From Nitrospirota bacterium (lineage in GTDB: Bacteria; Nitrospirota; Nitrospiria; Nitrospirales; Nitrospiraceae), in NCBI GenBank assembly GCA_963701855.1, contig CAVPBK010000006.1, forward strand, positions 672,001 to 736,000: DNA of 64,000 nucleotides, read 5' to 3'. Position numbers and translations under genes: made by a program. Below the pieces are notes generated by a model. It did no database searches. It worked only from the letters and a program-made list of their open reading frames with translations, and was not told the DNA's origin. Positions 50,853-61,401 of this stretch are shown piece after piece. The number at the start of each line of letters is the position of its first letter. Position 1 is the first letter of the stretch.

Positions 50853-50989
50853 TTGGCTTTCAGGGAAGACTTCCCAGAAACTGGTGACAAACTCTTGAGG
50901 AAAAAGGTGTTGTGAAAAGCGTTGTGAAATGAATGGGGAAACGGGAGGAATTCTGAGGAAACTTGGGGAATGACTGAAACGCTGTTCCC

Positions 50990-51406
50990 TCAGTGTTCAT
51001 GGGGTGTTCCTCGTGTTGTCGAGATGTTGGGAGCGAAGCTTTGAAGGGTTAACATGTCCAGTGCGGCCGTGAAAACTACGAGGGCTGTCACCGTTTCTTC
51101 TTTTGCGATTATATGGACCTTGGCGAGAGAGGGAGCTTTGTCGAGATACCCCTCGATGAGCTTTTCGTGAGGAGTTTCTGGGTTGGCGAATCGATTGACA
51201 GCGAGCAGCCCTGCCTGCACCGCCTCAGCAGCCTCAAGGTAGATGTCCTTTCGTAATGACATCTCACGTTCACGGTCCTTCATCTCCCGCTCGTGGGCGA
51301 GCTGCGCCTGCAATCTCTTATTCTGGAAATAATTTTCGACGAAGACACCGCTGAGCGTCGCTAAGAGCGTGACGCCGCCGGTGATAAGGTAGCTGCCAAT
51401 GTCCAT
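50990..51406 (-). CDS. Membrane-anchored hypothetical protein, possibly 3'-truncated
   Basis: GGAG RBS, N-terminal TM, charged helical region. Confidence 0.6.
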   Translation of the reverse strand: MDIGSYLITGGVTLLATLSGVFVENYFQNKRLQAQLAHEREMKDREREMSLRKDIYLEAAEAVQAGLLAVNRFANPETPHEKLIEGYLDKAPSLAKVHIIAKEETVTALVVFTAALDMLTLQSFAPNISTTRGTPHEH

Positions 51407-51462
51407 CTCAACTCCAAAACGGGAAACTCTGGGGTGGGGAAACCCCGCCTCCTACTCAGTCC

Positions 51463-52265
51463 TTATGGCCGGGATTCAATAGCTGCTTGCTTCGTCAGTG
51501 CAATCAATTCACTCACACGCTTCGCCATCTCTGCCTTGGTGCTGTCGATATTCACGCCTGCCCGCGCGTGAGCCAGTTCGTGTCGGAGTCGCGTGTAAAC
51601 CGTTTCCCCCATACTGCGTTCGGATTGCGCGGGTCTGGTGTAACTGGGACGGCAGGATCTTTGCTGAGGATAAAAGTATCGACCTGAAGGAAACTGTTTT
51701 CACAGAGCATCAGGAGCATGTTGTAGACGTGTACGAACTCCTCCACCTGGCTCATGGATTGCCGAGCCGAGCGAAGGAGGCCATAGTACTGCTCTCCAGG
51801 CGATGATTTCTTCTCAAGCTCCGCCTTGATGCCTTCGCCGGAAATACCGTCAACGAGCCCGACTGGCTGTCCGATGGTGGCGCAGCACCCAGCCTCGGCA
51901 TATATAGCACCGGGAGTATCGTTGAGCGGGGAGAATTGCATGCCGCTGATTTTTTCATTCTCGATGGCCTTGCTGAACAAAAATGAAATCCGGTTCAAGA
52001 CCGCTGTGCTTACCTTCATCGCTAAAGCTGTTCCAGCTTCACGGGTTGCCACGGAAGGCAGATGTACAGTGCACTCGATTACATTTATGCTCTCGGCTCC
52101 GTTCTCTGGTTTGATCTCTGCTTTAATCTCGACCTTGTCAACGCCTGGCTCGCTGGGGTTGAACTCAACCAAAGGGAACGTGAGGCCGTTGCCTCTAATC
52201 CGTGCCTGACAGATGACAGTTCCCTTAAAAATCCGTAATCTCCTCTCGGTCGATCTTCCCAGCAC
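51463..52265 (-). CDS. HEPN-type protein (ApeA/MauJ-like); 1-base frameshift at tract 51606-51610
   Basis: Adding one G joins the 237-aa ORF to ETVYTRLRHELAH...IESRP*, which carries RxxxxH; start uncertain. Confidence 0.7.
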
Positions 52266-52363
52266 AGCGGCCAGGGCTGGCCTTTCTTCTTGTGCCGATT
52301 TTCTACACTTCCTCTACATTCATATTTTTCTTACAAGACATAACTCATAGACTATTGATTTAT

Positions 52364-52439
52364 TGGTGCGCCCGGAGGGACTTGAACCCCCAACCCTCGG
52401 ATCCGAAGTCCGGTACTCTATCCATTGAGCTACGGGCGC
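52364..52439 (-). tRNA. tRNA-Arg(TCG)
   Basis: GCGCCCG TA GCTC AATGGATA GAGT A CCGGA CTTCGGA TCCGA GGGTT GGGGG TTCAAGT CCCTC CGGGCGC ACCA cloverleaf. Confidence 0.95.
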
Positions 52440-52527
52440 TCTCAGCTATTTCAAACACCTCGAAGAAGGCTTTGTCAAATATGGGACAGGCTCATCCTAA
52501 CGTGACAGGGGCAATGATCGAGCATGC

Positions 52528-53028
52528 TCACACCAACGTGAGTATGGCCTCAACCAATTGAATAATTGATCGACTGTCGGTCGTGATGATATGATTTGCG
52601 GCCGCTTGATATTTCGGCGTTCGCTCCTGCAATACATCCTCGATTTCATCGATGAACGACTTGCTCCCCATCAGCGAGGGGCGCTGATTATCCCCACCGA
52701 TTCGTTTCTTGATGGTCCCGACGGAAGCCTCCAGCCAAAACAATGTGCCATTCTTGTTCAATGCTTCGACATTCTGCGCACGAAGTATAGCCCCGCCGCC
52801 AGTATCGATCACGAGCTGATCACGGCTGGCAAGTTCCCTGCAGATATCGGACTCTAGGTTGCGAAAATATTCCCATCCCTCTTGGGCGACAATCTCCGGA
52901 ATCGTACGATGAGCACGCTTGACGATTTCTGCATCGGTTGACACGAGCTCTCGCCCCAATCGCGCCGCAAGCAGCCTGCCTACCGAACTCTTGCCAGTCC
53001 CCCGATAGCCAATCAGCACGATGTTCAT
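52528..53028 (-). CDS. aroK: Shikimate kinase
   Basis: IVLIGYRGTGKSSVG, FRNLE, TGGG, RP.L, ER...Y. Confidence 0.93.
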   Translation of the reverse strand: MNIVLIGYRGTGKSSVGRLLAARLGRELVSTDAEIVKRAHRTIPEIVAQEGWEYFRNLESDICRELASRDQLVIDTGGGAILRAQNVEALNKNGTLFWLEASVGTIKKRIGGDNQRPSLMGSKSFIDEIEDVLQERTPKYQAAANHIITTDSRSIIQLVEAILTLV

Positions 53029-53879
53029 GAGAGGCGGGACTCCAGGACGGCGCGCATGACGTCGGTTGGAGCAGCCTGATTGGTCCAAAGCTCGAACTGT
53101 GCTGAGGCTTGATGAAGAAACATCTCGATCCCTGGAATGACACGACAACCTGCCACCTTGGCATCCTTCAGCAACCGGGTATCCCGAGGGTTGTAGACGA
53201 TGTCCATGACCGTCAGTCCCGTATGGAGCAGCGTCGCAGGTACAGAGGTCTCGTGTACTTTTGGCGACATACCTATCGGTGTGCAATGGATCAACACATG
53301 AGCATCCGGAAGAACCTTTTGCAACATACCATCATCAAGAGGCGATTCCTCTACGGTCATCCCTGTCTTTGACCGAAGATCCTGGGCTAAGGCTGCGCGT
53401 TCCTGCTCATCGATTCCTAGTATAGTCAAGTGCTCGACCTCAGGCTCTGTCCCTAGCGCAAAAGCAATTGCGCGGGCGGCGCCTCCGGATCCGAGCATGA
53501 CCACTCGTTGTCCTTTCAAGGCCACGCCACCCTCACGAAACGCTCGTAAAGCACCGATCGCGTCGGTGTTATACCCTATGAGGGTCCCACCCACAGCCAC
53601 AATAGTGTTGATCGCGCCGATATGACGTGCGGTCGGTTCGATAGAGTCAAGAAACGGAACAGCCGCCACCTTGTGGGGAATGGTCACACTAGCACCACGA
53701 AAGTTTCCAAGGACGCGAAAACCCTTGATCGCATCGCCAATCACTTCCACGCGGAACGCCAGATACACGAAGTTCAGCCCGAGTTTCTGAAACGCGGCAT
53801 TGTGAATCGCGGGTGAGAGCGAGTGCTCGACAGGATTGCCGATGACGCCGCAGAACTGAGTATGTGCATTGATGTCCAT
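53025..53879 (-). CDS. aroE: Shikimate dehydrogenase
   Basis: HSLSPAIHN, VTIPHK, GAINT, NTD, GSGGAARA, DIVYNP. Confidence 0.95.
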   Translation of the reverse strand: MDINAHTQFCGVIGNPVEHSLSPAIHNAAFQKLGLNFVYLAFRVEVIGDAIKGFRVLGNFRGASVTIPHKVAAVPFLDSIEPTARHIGAINTIVAVGGTLIGYNTDAIGALRAFREGGVALKGQRVVMLGSGGAARAIAFALGTEPEVEHLTILGIDEQERAALAQDLRSKTGMTVEESPLDDGMLQKVLPDAHVLIHCTPIGMSPKVHETSVPATLLHTGLTVMDIVYNPRDTRLLKDAKVAGCRVIPGIEMFLHQASAQFELWTNQAAPTDVMRAVLESRLS

Positions 53880-53976
53880 AGATTCGTGAAATCGTGATTG
53901 CTGTTGGCCTTCGGACCAACTGACAGGCACCCATCACCGCAACGGTGCCCCCCCACCATTCGCAGGGAACACCCGC

Positions 53977-54732
53977 TCACGAGATGGTCATCCCTCCATC
54001 GATAGGAAAAGTCCCGCCCGTGACCCAGGCCGCTTCATCGGAGGCTAGATAGAGAACCATATTGGCCACTTCTTCTGGTTTCCCGGCTCGGCGGATAGGA
54101 TAGTGCGAGAGAATAGGGTCCAGTTGTTCGGGGTTGCTCATCAGCGGAGCCGCCATTGGCGTATCAATGAGTCCAGGATTCACTACGTTGCAGCGAATGC
54201 CTTCTTTGGCGTAGTCGATCGCGAGGGCTCTGGTCAAGGCATCGAGTGCCCCCTTGGAGGCTGCATAGGCAGGCAATGTGGGAAGCCCGACCAGGCTCGC
54301 GATGGAAGAGATATTGACGATCGCTCCCTTCCCCTGCTTTAACATCTGCGGCAAGACGGCTCGCGTCATGCGGAACACCCCGGTCAAGTTGACATCAAAG
54401 ATCTGCGCCCAAGTTGCATCATCGATCTCATGCAGGCGCTTCCCAAAGTCCCCTACTCCGGCATTATTGACGAGGATATCGAGTTGTCCGAACTGCTGTA
54501 TAGCCCGACGCACCGTCTCCTGGACATGGGGTTCATCTGTGACAGATCCGGCGACTGCAAAGGCCTTGCCCTGCGCCTTCACGATATCATTCACGACTCG
54601 GTCCAGTTCCCCTTGCCGTCTTCCCGTAATCACGACCGATGCCCCTTCGCGCACAAAGGCTTTCGCAATCGCTTCACCAATACCCGCGTTGCCTCCTGTG
54701 ATGACCGCGACCTTCCCACTCAACCGATTCAT
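53977..54732 (-). CDS. SDR-family oxidoreductase
   Basis: TGGNAGIG, NNAG, YAASK, PG.IDT. Confidence 0.92.
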   Translation of the reverse strand: MNRLSGKVAVITGGNAGIGEAIAKAFVREGASVVITGRRQGELDRVVNDIVKAQGKAFAVAGSVTDEPHVQETVRRAIQQFGQLDILVNNAGVGDFGKRLHEIDDATWAQIFDVNLTGVFRMTRAVLPQMLKQGKGAIVNISSIASLVGLPTLPAYAASKGALDALTRALAIDYAKEGIRCNVVNPGLIDTPMAAPLMSNPEQLDPILSHYPIRRAGKPEEVANMVLYLASDEAAWVTGGTFPIDGGMTIS

Positions 54733-55598
54733 CGCGCGTGATCCTCTCGTTCTTCGTGAACATCAGCGGCCTCACCGACAGACTCAGCAGCGTGAGATGC
54801 GGGCCACAAGCCAGATTCAATTTTCCTGGCCACCGTAATGAAACCTGAATGGGCAATCATTCGATGATCCGGCCGTACGCTCCGGCCCCGAATCGACCAG
54901 GTCCTCAACAACGTTTCAAATGTTTCGACCATACCAAAAACCATCGCTCGCTCAAGGGCCTCAACCGTCTGCACCACTTGGGGGACGGTCGGAACAAAGC
55001 TCAAATAGATGCCGCCAGAACGAAGCACCTGTGCGGCATGCGGCACTACCTGCCAGGGCTCAGGAAGATCGAGGACGAGACGATCGAAGGGCAAACCATC
55101 TTCAAGCAGGCTGACACCCTCGTACGCGTTCCGACGAAGCGGGATGAGATTTGGCACCGGACCCATATACCGTTCAATGTTCGTCATTGCCGTTCGCGAG
55201 AAATCCTCACGAGCTTCGTATGTCACCACCAACCCTCGCGGGCCCACGGCACGCAAAAGGGCCATCGTCAATGCTCCAGAGCCAGTCCCCGCTTCGAACA
55301 CGCGCGCGCCAGGGTAGACATCCGCCCACATGGGAATGAGCGCAAGATCCTTCGGATACAACACCTGCGCACCACGCGGCATCTTCAACACATAGTCGCC
55401 GAACGTGGGTCGAAGCGCCAACATCGTTTTGTTTCCGGAAAGCATGGCTAACGATCCATCAGGCTTTCCGATGAGGTCGTCGTGGGCAATTTTATGACCG
55501 CTCAATTGGTAAAAATCTCCTGCTTTCAAGGTCAGGGCATACTGCCGCCATTTTTTGTCGACGAGATGGATACGCTCGCCTGATTGAAAGTATGACAT
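54729..55598 (-). CDS. trmI: tRNA (adenine-N1)-methyltransferase
   Basis: MPRGAQVLYPKD, EAGTGSGAL, LDLPEPW, RPDHRMIAHSGF. Confidence 0.92.
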   Translation of the reverse strand: MSYFQSGERIHLVDKKWRQYALTLKAGDFYQLSGHKIAHDDLIGKPDGSLAMLSGNKTMLALRPTFGDYVLKMPRGAQVLYPKDLALIPMWADVYPGARVFEAGTGSGALTMALLRAVGPRGLVVTYEAREDFSRTAMTNIERYMGPVPNLIPLRRNAYEGVSLLEDGLPFDRLVLDLPEPWQVVPHAAQVLRSGGIYLSFVPTVPQVVQTVEALERAMVFGMVETFETLLRTWSIRGRSVRPDHRMIAHSGFITVARKIESGLWPASHAAESVGEAADVHEEREDHAR

Positions 55599-55606
55599 CG
55601 GAATCC

Positions 55607-55635
55607 ATTCTAGAAGTGCCGTGCCAAGTTTTCAA
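55607..55635 (-). promoter_or_regulatory. Putative sigma70 promoter, near-leaderless, for trmI-SDR-aroE-aroK
   Basis: TTGAAA-17-TAGAAT-8-ATG. Confidence 0.5.
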
Positions 55636-56062
55636 CAAGACAACAACCGCGAGACGGATTTCTTGACTTCTCCCACAGATCTTCTTGGAGAGCCGATTCC
55701 TTCGATACGATCATCCATTGTAAAAAACTAGCCTAGAGAATAGATGTGGCAATTAAGTCTATTGCTCTAGGCCCCCCCTGCACACCTGCAGCAAGGTTGC
55801 CTCACACTCTCTCAACCCCCTTCATTAGATCACGCTAATAGTGCTGTCTTTTCGCAGTGATCACGATCCGCCGTTCTCATAAACGATCCAGCACAGGATT
55901 TGCTGCGTAGAGAGATAGTGGAACAACTTGGCAGTACAGAGCCCAGCATGAATCGTTTAGCAAATAGCTGTCTCTCACAGACTAGAGCAAAAAAACTTAA
56001 GTGTGTTGAGAGCACGACCATGAGAAGTACAACATCTGGTACGCAGAAGGAGGGGCGACAAC

Positions 56063-57319
56063 ATGAAAAAGAGCCTATTCCCAACCCCTGAACCGGAAGA
56101 GCTTGTCACAATTACAAAGGACGTTGATGAGGACGATTCCGAGGCGAGCGGCCTCTTAGATGTGATCGGCCGAGATACATCCGAAGAGGAACAACCTGAG
56201 GAGCCGACAAAGTCGGTGACTCGTACCGCCGTGAGCGGCGGCCCATTCATGTTGGAATCACTCTACTTTCGCTCCTTCGGCGAACGCGCCCTATTGACCA
56301 GGGAAGAAGAAGTCAATTTGGCGAAGAAGATCGATGACGGAACAAGCACCATTCGGAAGGCCTTACGCGACGCCATACGAGTCTTCCCTCGGCTCAAGCG
56401 TACGGACTCGGTGCTCGAGGCACAACACACACTCCAGGTGGTCAGAGGTTTGAGTGGACTCTCAGCCACTGCGATCGATAAGGCCGAGCAGAGTCTCACC
56501 GAGATAATCGAGCAGGGAACGGGGCAGCAGAAGCTTCCGATTGCCATTGCTAAGCAGCTCAAGGAAGGGTTGACCACCCTCCGTTCCGCTCGGATCGTGC
56601 TTGAACGGGCAAAGGACGAATTGGTTCGCTGTAACTTGCGGCTTGTTGTGGATGTCGCAAAACATTACACGGGCCGTGGCCTAACTTTGCTGGATCTCGT
56701 GCAAGAAGGAAATATCGGGTTGATGAAAGCAGCCGAGCGCTATCAATACCGCAAAGGATTCAAGTTCAGCACCTATGCAACCTGGTGGATTCGTCAAGGC
56801 ATCACGCGAGCGCTGGCGGATCAATCAAGGACCATTCGCATTCCAGTTCACCAAACTGAAGCTTCGCACCGCATCCTCCGCGTGACCAAACGGCTCGGGC
56901 AACAGCTGGGCCGTCCGGCTCGACTCGAAGAAGTGGCTCAGGTGCTACGAATGAGATCGGAGCGACTCCACGAAACCGTGCAGGCCTTTCAAGAGCCGGT
57001 CGCCTTGGAGAAGCCAGTGGGTGATGGAAGCACAGAACTCGGGGAGCTGCTCCCCGATCTGCAAGCCGTCCCACCCGATGCCCATGTGCACCGGATGGAA
57101 ATGTCGCACCAACTGGAACGCATTCTCTGCACACTCACGCCCCGAGAGCAAACCGTTATCCGACTGCGCTTCGGTATCGGCCACGATCAGGCCTGCACGC
57201 TGGAACAGGTAGGACAGAGCCTCTCGGTGACAAGGGAACGGATTCGCCAGATCGAAGCAAAAGCGCTCAAGAAGTTGAAGACCCCCCAGATTAAGGAAAT
57301 GTTTGCCGCTATCCAGTAA
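56063..57319 (+). CDS. RpoD/SigA-family sigma70 factor (no region 1.1)
   Basis: NLRLVV, DLVQEGNIGLMKA, KFSTYATWWIRQ, SRTIRIPVH, VTRERIRQIE. Confidence 0.93.
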   Translation: MKKSLFPTPEPEELVTITKDVDEDDSEASGLLDVIGRDTSEEEQPEEPTKSVTRTAVSGGPFMLESLYFRSFGERALLTREEEVNLAKKIDDGTSTIRKALRDAIRVFPRLKRTDSVLEAQHTLQVVRGLSGLSATAIDKAEQSLTEIIEQGTGQQKLPIAIAKQLKEGLTTLRSARIVLERAKDELVRCNLRLVVDVAKHYTGRGLTLLDLVQEGNIGLMKAAERYQYRKGFKFSTYATWWIRQGITRALADQSRTIRIPVHQTEASHRILRVTKRLGQQLGRPARLEEVAQVLRMRSERLHETVQAFQEPVALEKPVGDGSTELGELLPDLQAVPPDAHVHRMEMSHQLERILCTLTPREQTVIRLRFGIGHDQACTLEQVGQSLSVTRERIRQIEAKALKKLKTPQIKEMFAAIQ

Positions 57320-57436
57320 GTCATAGACTCGTGGAACAGAAAAGGTCGAGGCCGAACCTTGCATCTTTTCTTTCTACGGCTTTTACCCTGAGAGCACTTG
57401 TGCGACAATGAGGCCAAATCGAGTAGACGAGGCCCC

Positions 57437-57853
57437 ATGACGAGTGTGCGTACAACACAGAAGAGCTCTCTCAGCTTTCGCTTCTTCACTATTCCATTCC
57501 TTCTCATCATCACCCTGGCACTGAATACTACGACGATCGCCCATGCTGAATCGACGTTTGGATCGGCCCCCTCTGACGAAAAATCTCTGCCGGCATACTC
57601 GGTGGTCACCATTCTCATGCGCGACATGACGACAACTCCTGCGCAAGCCCCATCGAGGTCAGTGGCCGGTGTCGGAGGCGCCTTGCAGCAGTATCACCCC
57701 GTCGGCCAATGTCAGATTGACGATCCTGGAGACCGTTGGCACTCCCTCTTCCCTTCCGGAAACCAGCTAACACTGCAACTGACCATTCAGAGAAAGAACG
57801 CCCAGTCCACGATCTCGCTTCAAAATCCGCTGCTGCTAAAGGCTGTCCTGTGA
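57437..57853 (+). CDS. Exported hypothetical protein
   Basis: Signal peptide ending AHA; stop overlaps a GTG of lipB. Confidence 0.5.
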   Translation: MTSVRTTQKSSLSFRFFTIPFLLIITLALNTTTIAHAESTFGSAPSDEKSLPAYSVVTILMRDMTTTPAQAPSRSVAGVGGALQQYHPVGQCQIDDPGDRWHSLFPSGNQLTLQLTIQRKNAQSTISLQNPLLLKAVL

Positions 57854-58656
57854 ATTACGACGATGGGTCACACCTAGACCATGATTTCCTCGGGCAGGGA
57901 AGTGGACCTCTCCCGACGCTTACCTCGCATGCTGGTACGCTCGTCCGGTTTTCGCAACCTGTTCCCTATGTCGAAGCCTGGGCGCTTCAGAAACAGCTAC
58001 AGGAAGAACGAATTGCAGGGAGGCAAGGGGATACGTTGTTGCTCCTTGAGCACTCGCCAGTCTATACCCTGGGCCGTACCACCCAACCATCACATTGGGG
58101 CTGCGGGGAAGAGGTTCTCCGCCGAACAGGCGCCAGCCTCCAATCCGTAGATCGTGGCGGCTCGATTACCTACCATGGACCTGGACAAGTCGTGGGTTAT
58201 CCCATCCTCAAGCTGTCACAGTATTGCTCAGGACCGAAACAGTATGTACGGAAATTAGAGGAGGTTTTGATCCTTACACTCTTGCGATGGGGAATTGAAG
58301 GCTATCGCATTGAGAGGAAACCTGGCGTCTGGGTACACTGGAGTAATGTTGATGCGAAGATTGCTGCGATCGGAGTCCGGATCGATCATGGGGTCACGAT
58401 TCATGGATTTGCGCTCAACGTCGATATGGATCTCTTCCCTTTTTCCCACATCCTGCCCTGTGGCCTGATCCAGTGCCAAATTACATCCATGGCGGAGATC
58501 CTGCAGTCAGCCCTGTCGCCCTCAGTGGTCGCGCAACAGGTAGCGAAGGAGTTCGAACGAACGTTTAATATTCAATGGATGAGCTTCCCTCCCGACAACA
58601 TTGGGCAGAGACACCATGATCATCCCCTCACATCGACATCTCCGCTTCACACCTGA
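57850..58656 (+). CDS. lipB: Octanoyltransferase
   Basis: LLEHSPVYTLG, RGGSITYHGPGQ, KIAAIG, HGFALN, PCGL. Confidence 0.93.
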   Translation: MNYDDGSHLDHDFLGQGSGPLPTLTSHAGTLVRFSQPVPYVEAWALQKQLQEERIAGRQGDTLLLLEHSPVYTLGRTTQPSHWGCGEEVLRRTGASLQSVDRGGSITYHGPGQVVGYPILKLSQYCSGPKQYVRKLEEVLILTLLRWGIEGYRIERKPGVWVHWSNVDAKIAAIGVRIDHGVTIHGFALNVDMDLFPFSHILPCGLIQCQITSMAEILQSALSPSVVAQQVAKEFERTFNIQWMSFPPDNIGQRHHDHPLTSTSPLHT

Positions 58657-58671
58657 CCAAGGGAACACACA

Positions 58672-59928
58672 ATGCACGAACTCGACACACCGACTTTTCG
58701 ACTAGCCGTTGCACAGTTTGATCAAGCGGCTGAAGCCATGGAGCTTGATCATAATTTACGCGAGCGGCTCAAACTTCCACAGCGGTCGCTGATAGTCAGC
58801 CTGCCTGTCAGGATGGATGACGGTCGGGTCGAAGTTTATACCGGCTATCGTGTGCAACACGATTCTTCCCGCGGCCCCACGAAAGGCGGCATTCGCTATC
58901 ATCCGGACGTGAATCTTGGGGAGGTTGCAGCCCTGGCCATGTGGATGACCTGGAAATGCGCCTTAGCCGACCTACCCTACGGCGGAGCCAAGGGCGGAGT
59001 GGCAATCGCCCCCAAACAGTTTTCGCAGCCGGAGTTACAACGATTGACCAGGCGCTATGCAGCGGAAATATTCCCGCTAATCGGGCCAGACAAAGACGTG
59101 CCGGCCCCAGACGTCGGTACCGACGCCCAAGTGATGGCCTGGATTATGGATACATACAGTCAACAGATGGGATATTCGGTACCTGGCGTCGTCACAGGCA
59201 AGCCCTTATCGATTGGAGGAAGTCTCGGGCGTGAGGAAGCTACAGGCCGCGGAGTGGTCTATGTCACCATAGAAGCGTTTCGCCACCTCAAGCTCGACAT
59301 TCGAAACGCAACCGTGGCCATACAGGGGTTCGGTAACGTCGGGGCCCATACCGCCCGCATCATGCGAGAATGTGGCGCACGCGTTATCGCAGTGAGCGAC
59401 GTGCAGGGGGGCATTCACAATTCGAACGGTTTGGACATTCCTGAACTCCTTACTCGCTATAAGACCACGGGCCAATCCCTCCGCGACACCAAGCTAGGAG
59501 ACTGGCTCTCCAACGACGAATTACTGCAACTCGACTGCACCGTCCTGGTCCCCGCTGCGCTATCCGAACAGATCACCGAACGCAATGCTGCCAAACTGCG
59601 CTGCCGGATTCTCGCCGAAGGCGCGAACGGTCCGACAACCCTGGAGGCCGACCGTATCCTGCAGGACCAAGGAGTCTTTATTATTCCAGACATCCTGGCC
59701 AACTCCGGTGGCGTCATCGTGTCCTACTTCGAGTGGGTGCAGGATGTACAACGATTTTTTTGGAAAGCCACTGACATTCAAGAGCGATTACAAGATATTC
59801 TGATCTCCGCTTTCAATCGAACATTAGAGTTTTCCGTTTCCAAAAAGACTTCTATGCGGATGGCCGCCTTGATGAGCGGGATCGATAAAGTGGCTCAAGC
59901 ACATCTCCATCGCGGGCTCTACCCGTGA
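58672..59928 (+). CDS. gdhA: Glu/Leu/Phe/Val dehydrogenase (glutamate dehydrogenase)
   Basis: GPTKGGIRY, GGAKGG, DVPAPD, ATGRG, QGFGNVG, EGANGP, SYFEWVQ. Confidence 0.92.
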   Translation: MHELDTPTFRLAVAQFDQAAEAMELDHNLRERLKLPQRSLIVSLPVRMDDGRVEVYTGYRVQHDSSRGPTKGGIRYHPDVNLGEVAALAMWMTWKCALADLPYGGAKGGVAIAPKQFSQPELQRLTRRYAAEIFPLIGPDKDVPAPDVGTDAQVMAWIMDTYSQQMGYSVPGVVTGKPLSIGGSLGREEATGRGVVYVTIEAFRHLKLDIRNATVAIQGFGNVGAHTARIMRECGARVIAVSDVQGGIHNSNGLDIPELLTRYKTTGQSLRDTKLGDWLSNDELLQLDCTVLVPAALSEQITERNAAKLRCRILAEGANGPTTLEADRILQDQGVFIIPDILANSGGVIVSYFEWVQDVQRFFWKATDIQERLQDILISAFNRTLEFSVSKKTSMRMAALMSGIDKVAQAHLHRGLYP

Positions 59929-60393
59929 GTTCCTAATGTCATGATGACGGGGGCGTACTCTCGAACTTTCTTGTTGAAGAACTATACGGTAGCCGTACTC
60001 ATAGGGGTTTGGCTGACAGACTCCATACCCATCCTCCAGGCCCCCTGCTACTTCATCGCGCAGGTTCGCAGGTTGATCACCGCAATCCCCTGCAGGAATT
60101 GCGGTGAGAACTTCTCGCAATCATCGAAGGCGTCTTCGTGCTCCTCGATTTCTACGAACTACCCGACCAATGACTCAGGAAAAAGGCTGCGGGCGGCATG
60201 AGCGCAACGGGGACTTTTTGTTAATCGAATTGCACACATGGCATGGGTCGATCATTGATTGGTATGTCGGATGAAAAGACATCGACTACAGACTCTGGTG
60301 GCTTAATCTTCGCGCCCTTGCGGTTCTGTTGCTCCATGCGCTAGGGTGGATTGACTGGAGCTGAATCAGTCTGGATCGTTGGAGATCTGCGAT

Positions 60394-60687
60394 ATGGAGC
60401 GGGATGCCGTGCTGTCTCTCTGGGGAACCCACAAGGAGGAGCAATGGCCTCAAGTAGGAAACCACCACGAGGGGCCGTTGATGACACTGGATACGGTAAT
60501 CAGCGGATGCGTCGTGTATTTCCTTGATAGTCCTGAGGGGCTCGATGCCCAGCGGGTCAGGATCGTCGAAGATTGTGTTGCTGACCTGGATAACCTGACC
60601 AACGAGCTTGACGAAGACTGCCGGCCTTATTTTCAACGGCTCCGACACCTCGGAGCCCTCCTCATCGCCACCCATCACACTACCTAA
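60394..60687 (+). CDS. Hypothetical protein
   Basis: Acidic helical ORF, plausible composition. Confidence 0.55.
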   Translation: MERDAVLSLWGTHKEEQWPQVGNHHEGPLMTLDTVISGCVVYFLDSPEGLDAQRVRIVEDCVADLDNLTNELDEDCRPYFQRLRHLGALLIATHHTT

Positions 60688-60867
60688 CCTATTCCATGTA
60701 AAAGCTGCTGATAATGGATTGGTCCGCCCCCATCACACGCATTCAACCGTTCTTGCAAGTTCTCAGGCCGTTCGATAAAATGTACCTGCACTGCATGAGC
60801 CCCACCAATTTCGCCAATAAATTTCACTGTCATACATCGTTCGGAACCCATGGGTAAGGAAGAGTCG

Positions 60868-61401
60868 ATGAAGTATGTACTGCGAGTCTTCACGCTAGCC
60901 TGCATGGTGACGGCCAGTGCCGCCGTATGGGTATCCTCTGGCTATAGCGAGCCCTACGAATTGAGCAGGAACGACGTGATGGACCCCAAAGCCTTGAAGA
61001 GTGTTGAGATTTCATTGTTTGGAGTCAAATTGGGAGACCCCGAAGCCAAAGCCCTGGACTCTCTTGTAAATGAGAAGATTCCTGGAGTAAAAGTGGAACA
61101 AGAAGCCTCGTTTATCTTCTTGCTTGACCAACGCAAGCCGACCGGTCCTATGGCTGGCGTCCGAATTCAGGACGGCAAGATCGACCTGATCTTTATCAAT
61201 AATCGATTCTCCTATAAAACGCGCGGCATCTTTCGCAACGTGTTGAATAGCGAAAGCCCCGATGACGTGCGAAAAATATTGGGGCAGGAAGAGTACGGGG
61301 ACGAAAACGTGATGGGCGCCATACTCGCGTACGACAAGCAGGGATTCGTCATCAACTATCTGGGGAAAGATGTCAATGTGGAATTTTCCCCAGCTCGGTA
61401 G
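60868..61401 (+). CDS. Exported hypothetical protein
   Basis: Signal peptide, AAGGA RBS. Confidence 0.7.
   Translation: MKYVLRVFTLACMVTASAAVWVSSGYSEPYELSRNDVMDPKALKSVEISLFGVKLGDPEAKALDSLVNEKIPGVKVEQEASFIFLLDQRKPTGPMAGVRIQDGKIDLIFINNRFSYKTRGIFRNVLNSESPDDVRKILGQEEYGDENVMGAILAYDKQGFVINYLGKDVNVEFSPAR

Larger units (their letters stand above)
41819..52411. mobile_element. ~10.6 kb genomic island at tRNA-Arg, no integrase retained
   Basis: Flanking 48-bp direct repeat, IS110 and IS3 pieces, gene fragments, defence-type cargo. Confidence 0.85.

Noticed and set aside
55612..55628. Sigma54 promoter TTGGCACG on the minus strand
   Set aside because: The -12 TTGC is absent (TTCT); a sigma70 TTGAAA-17-TAGAAT fits better
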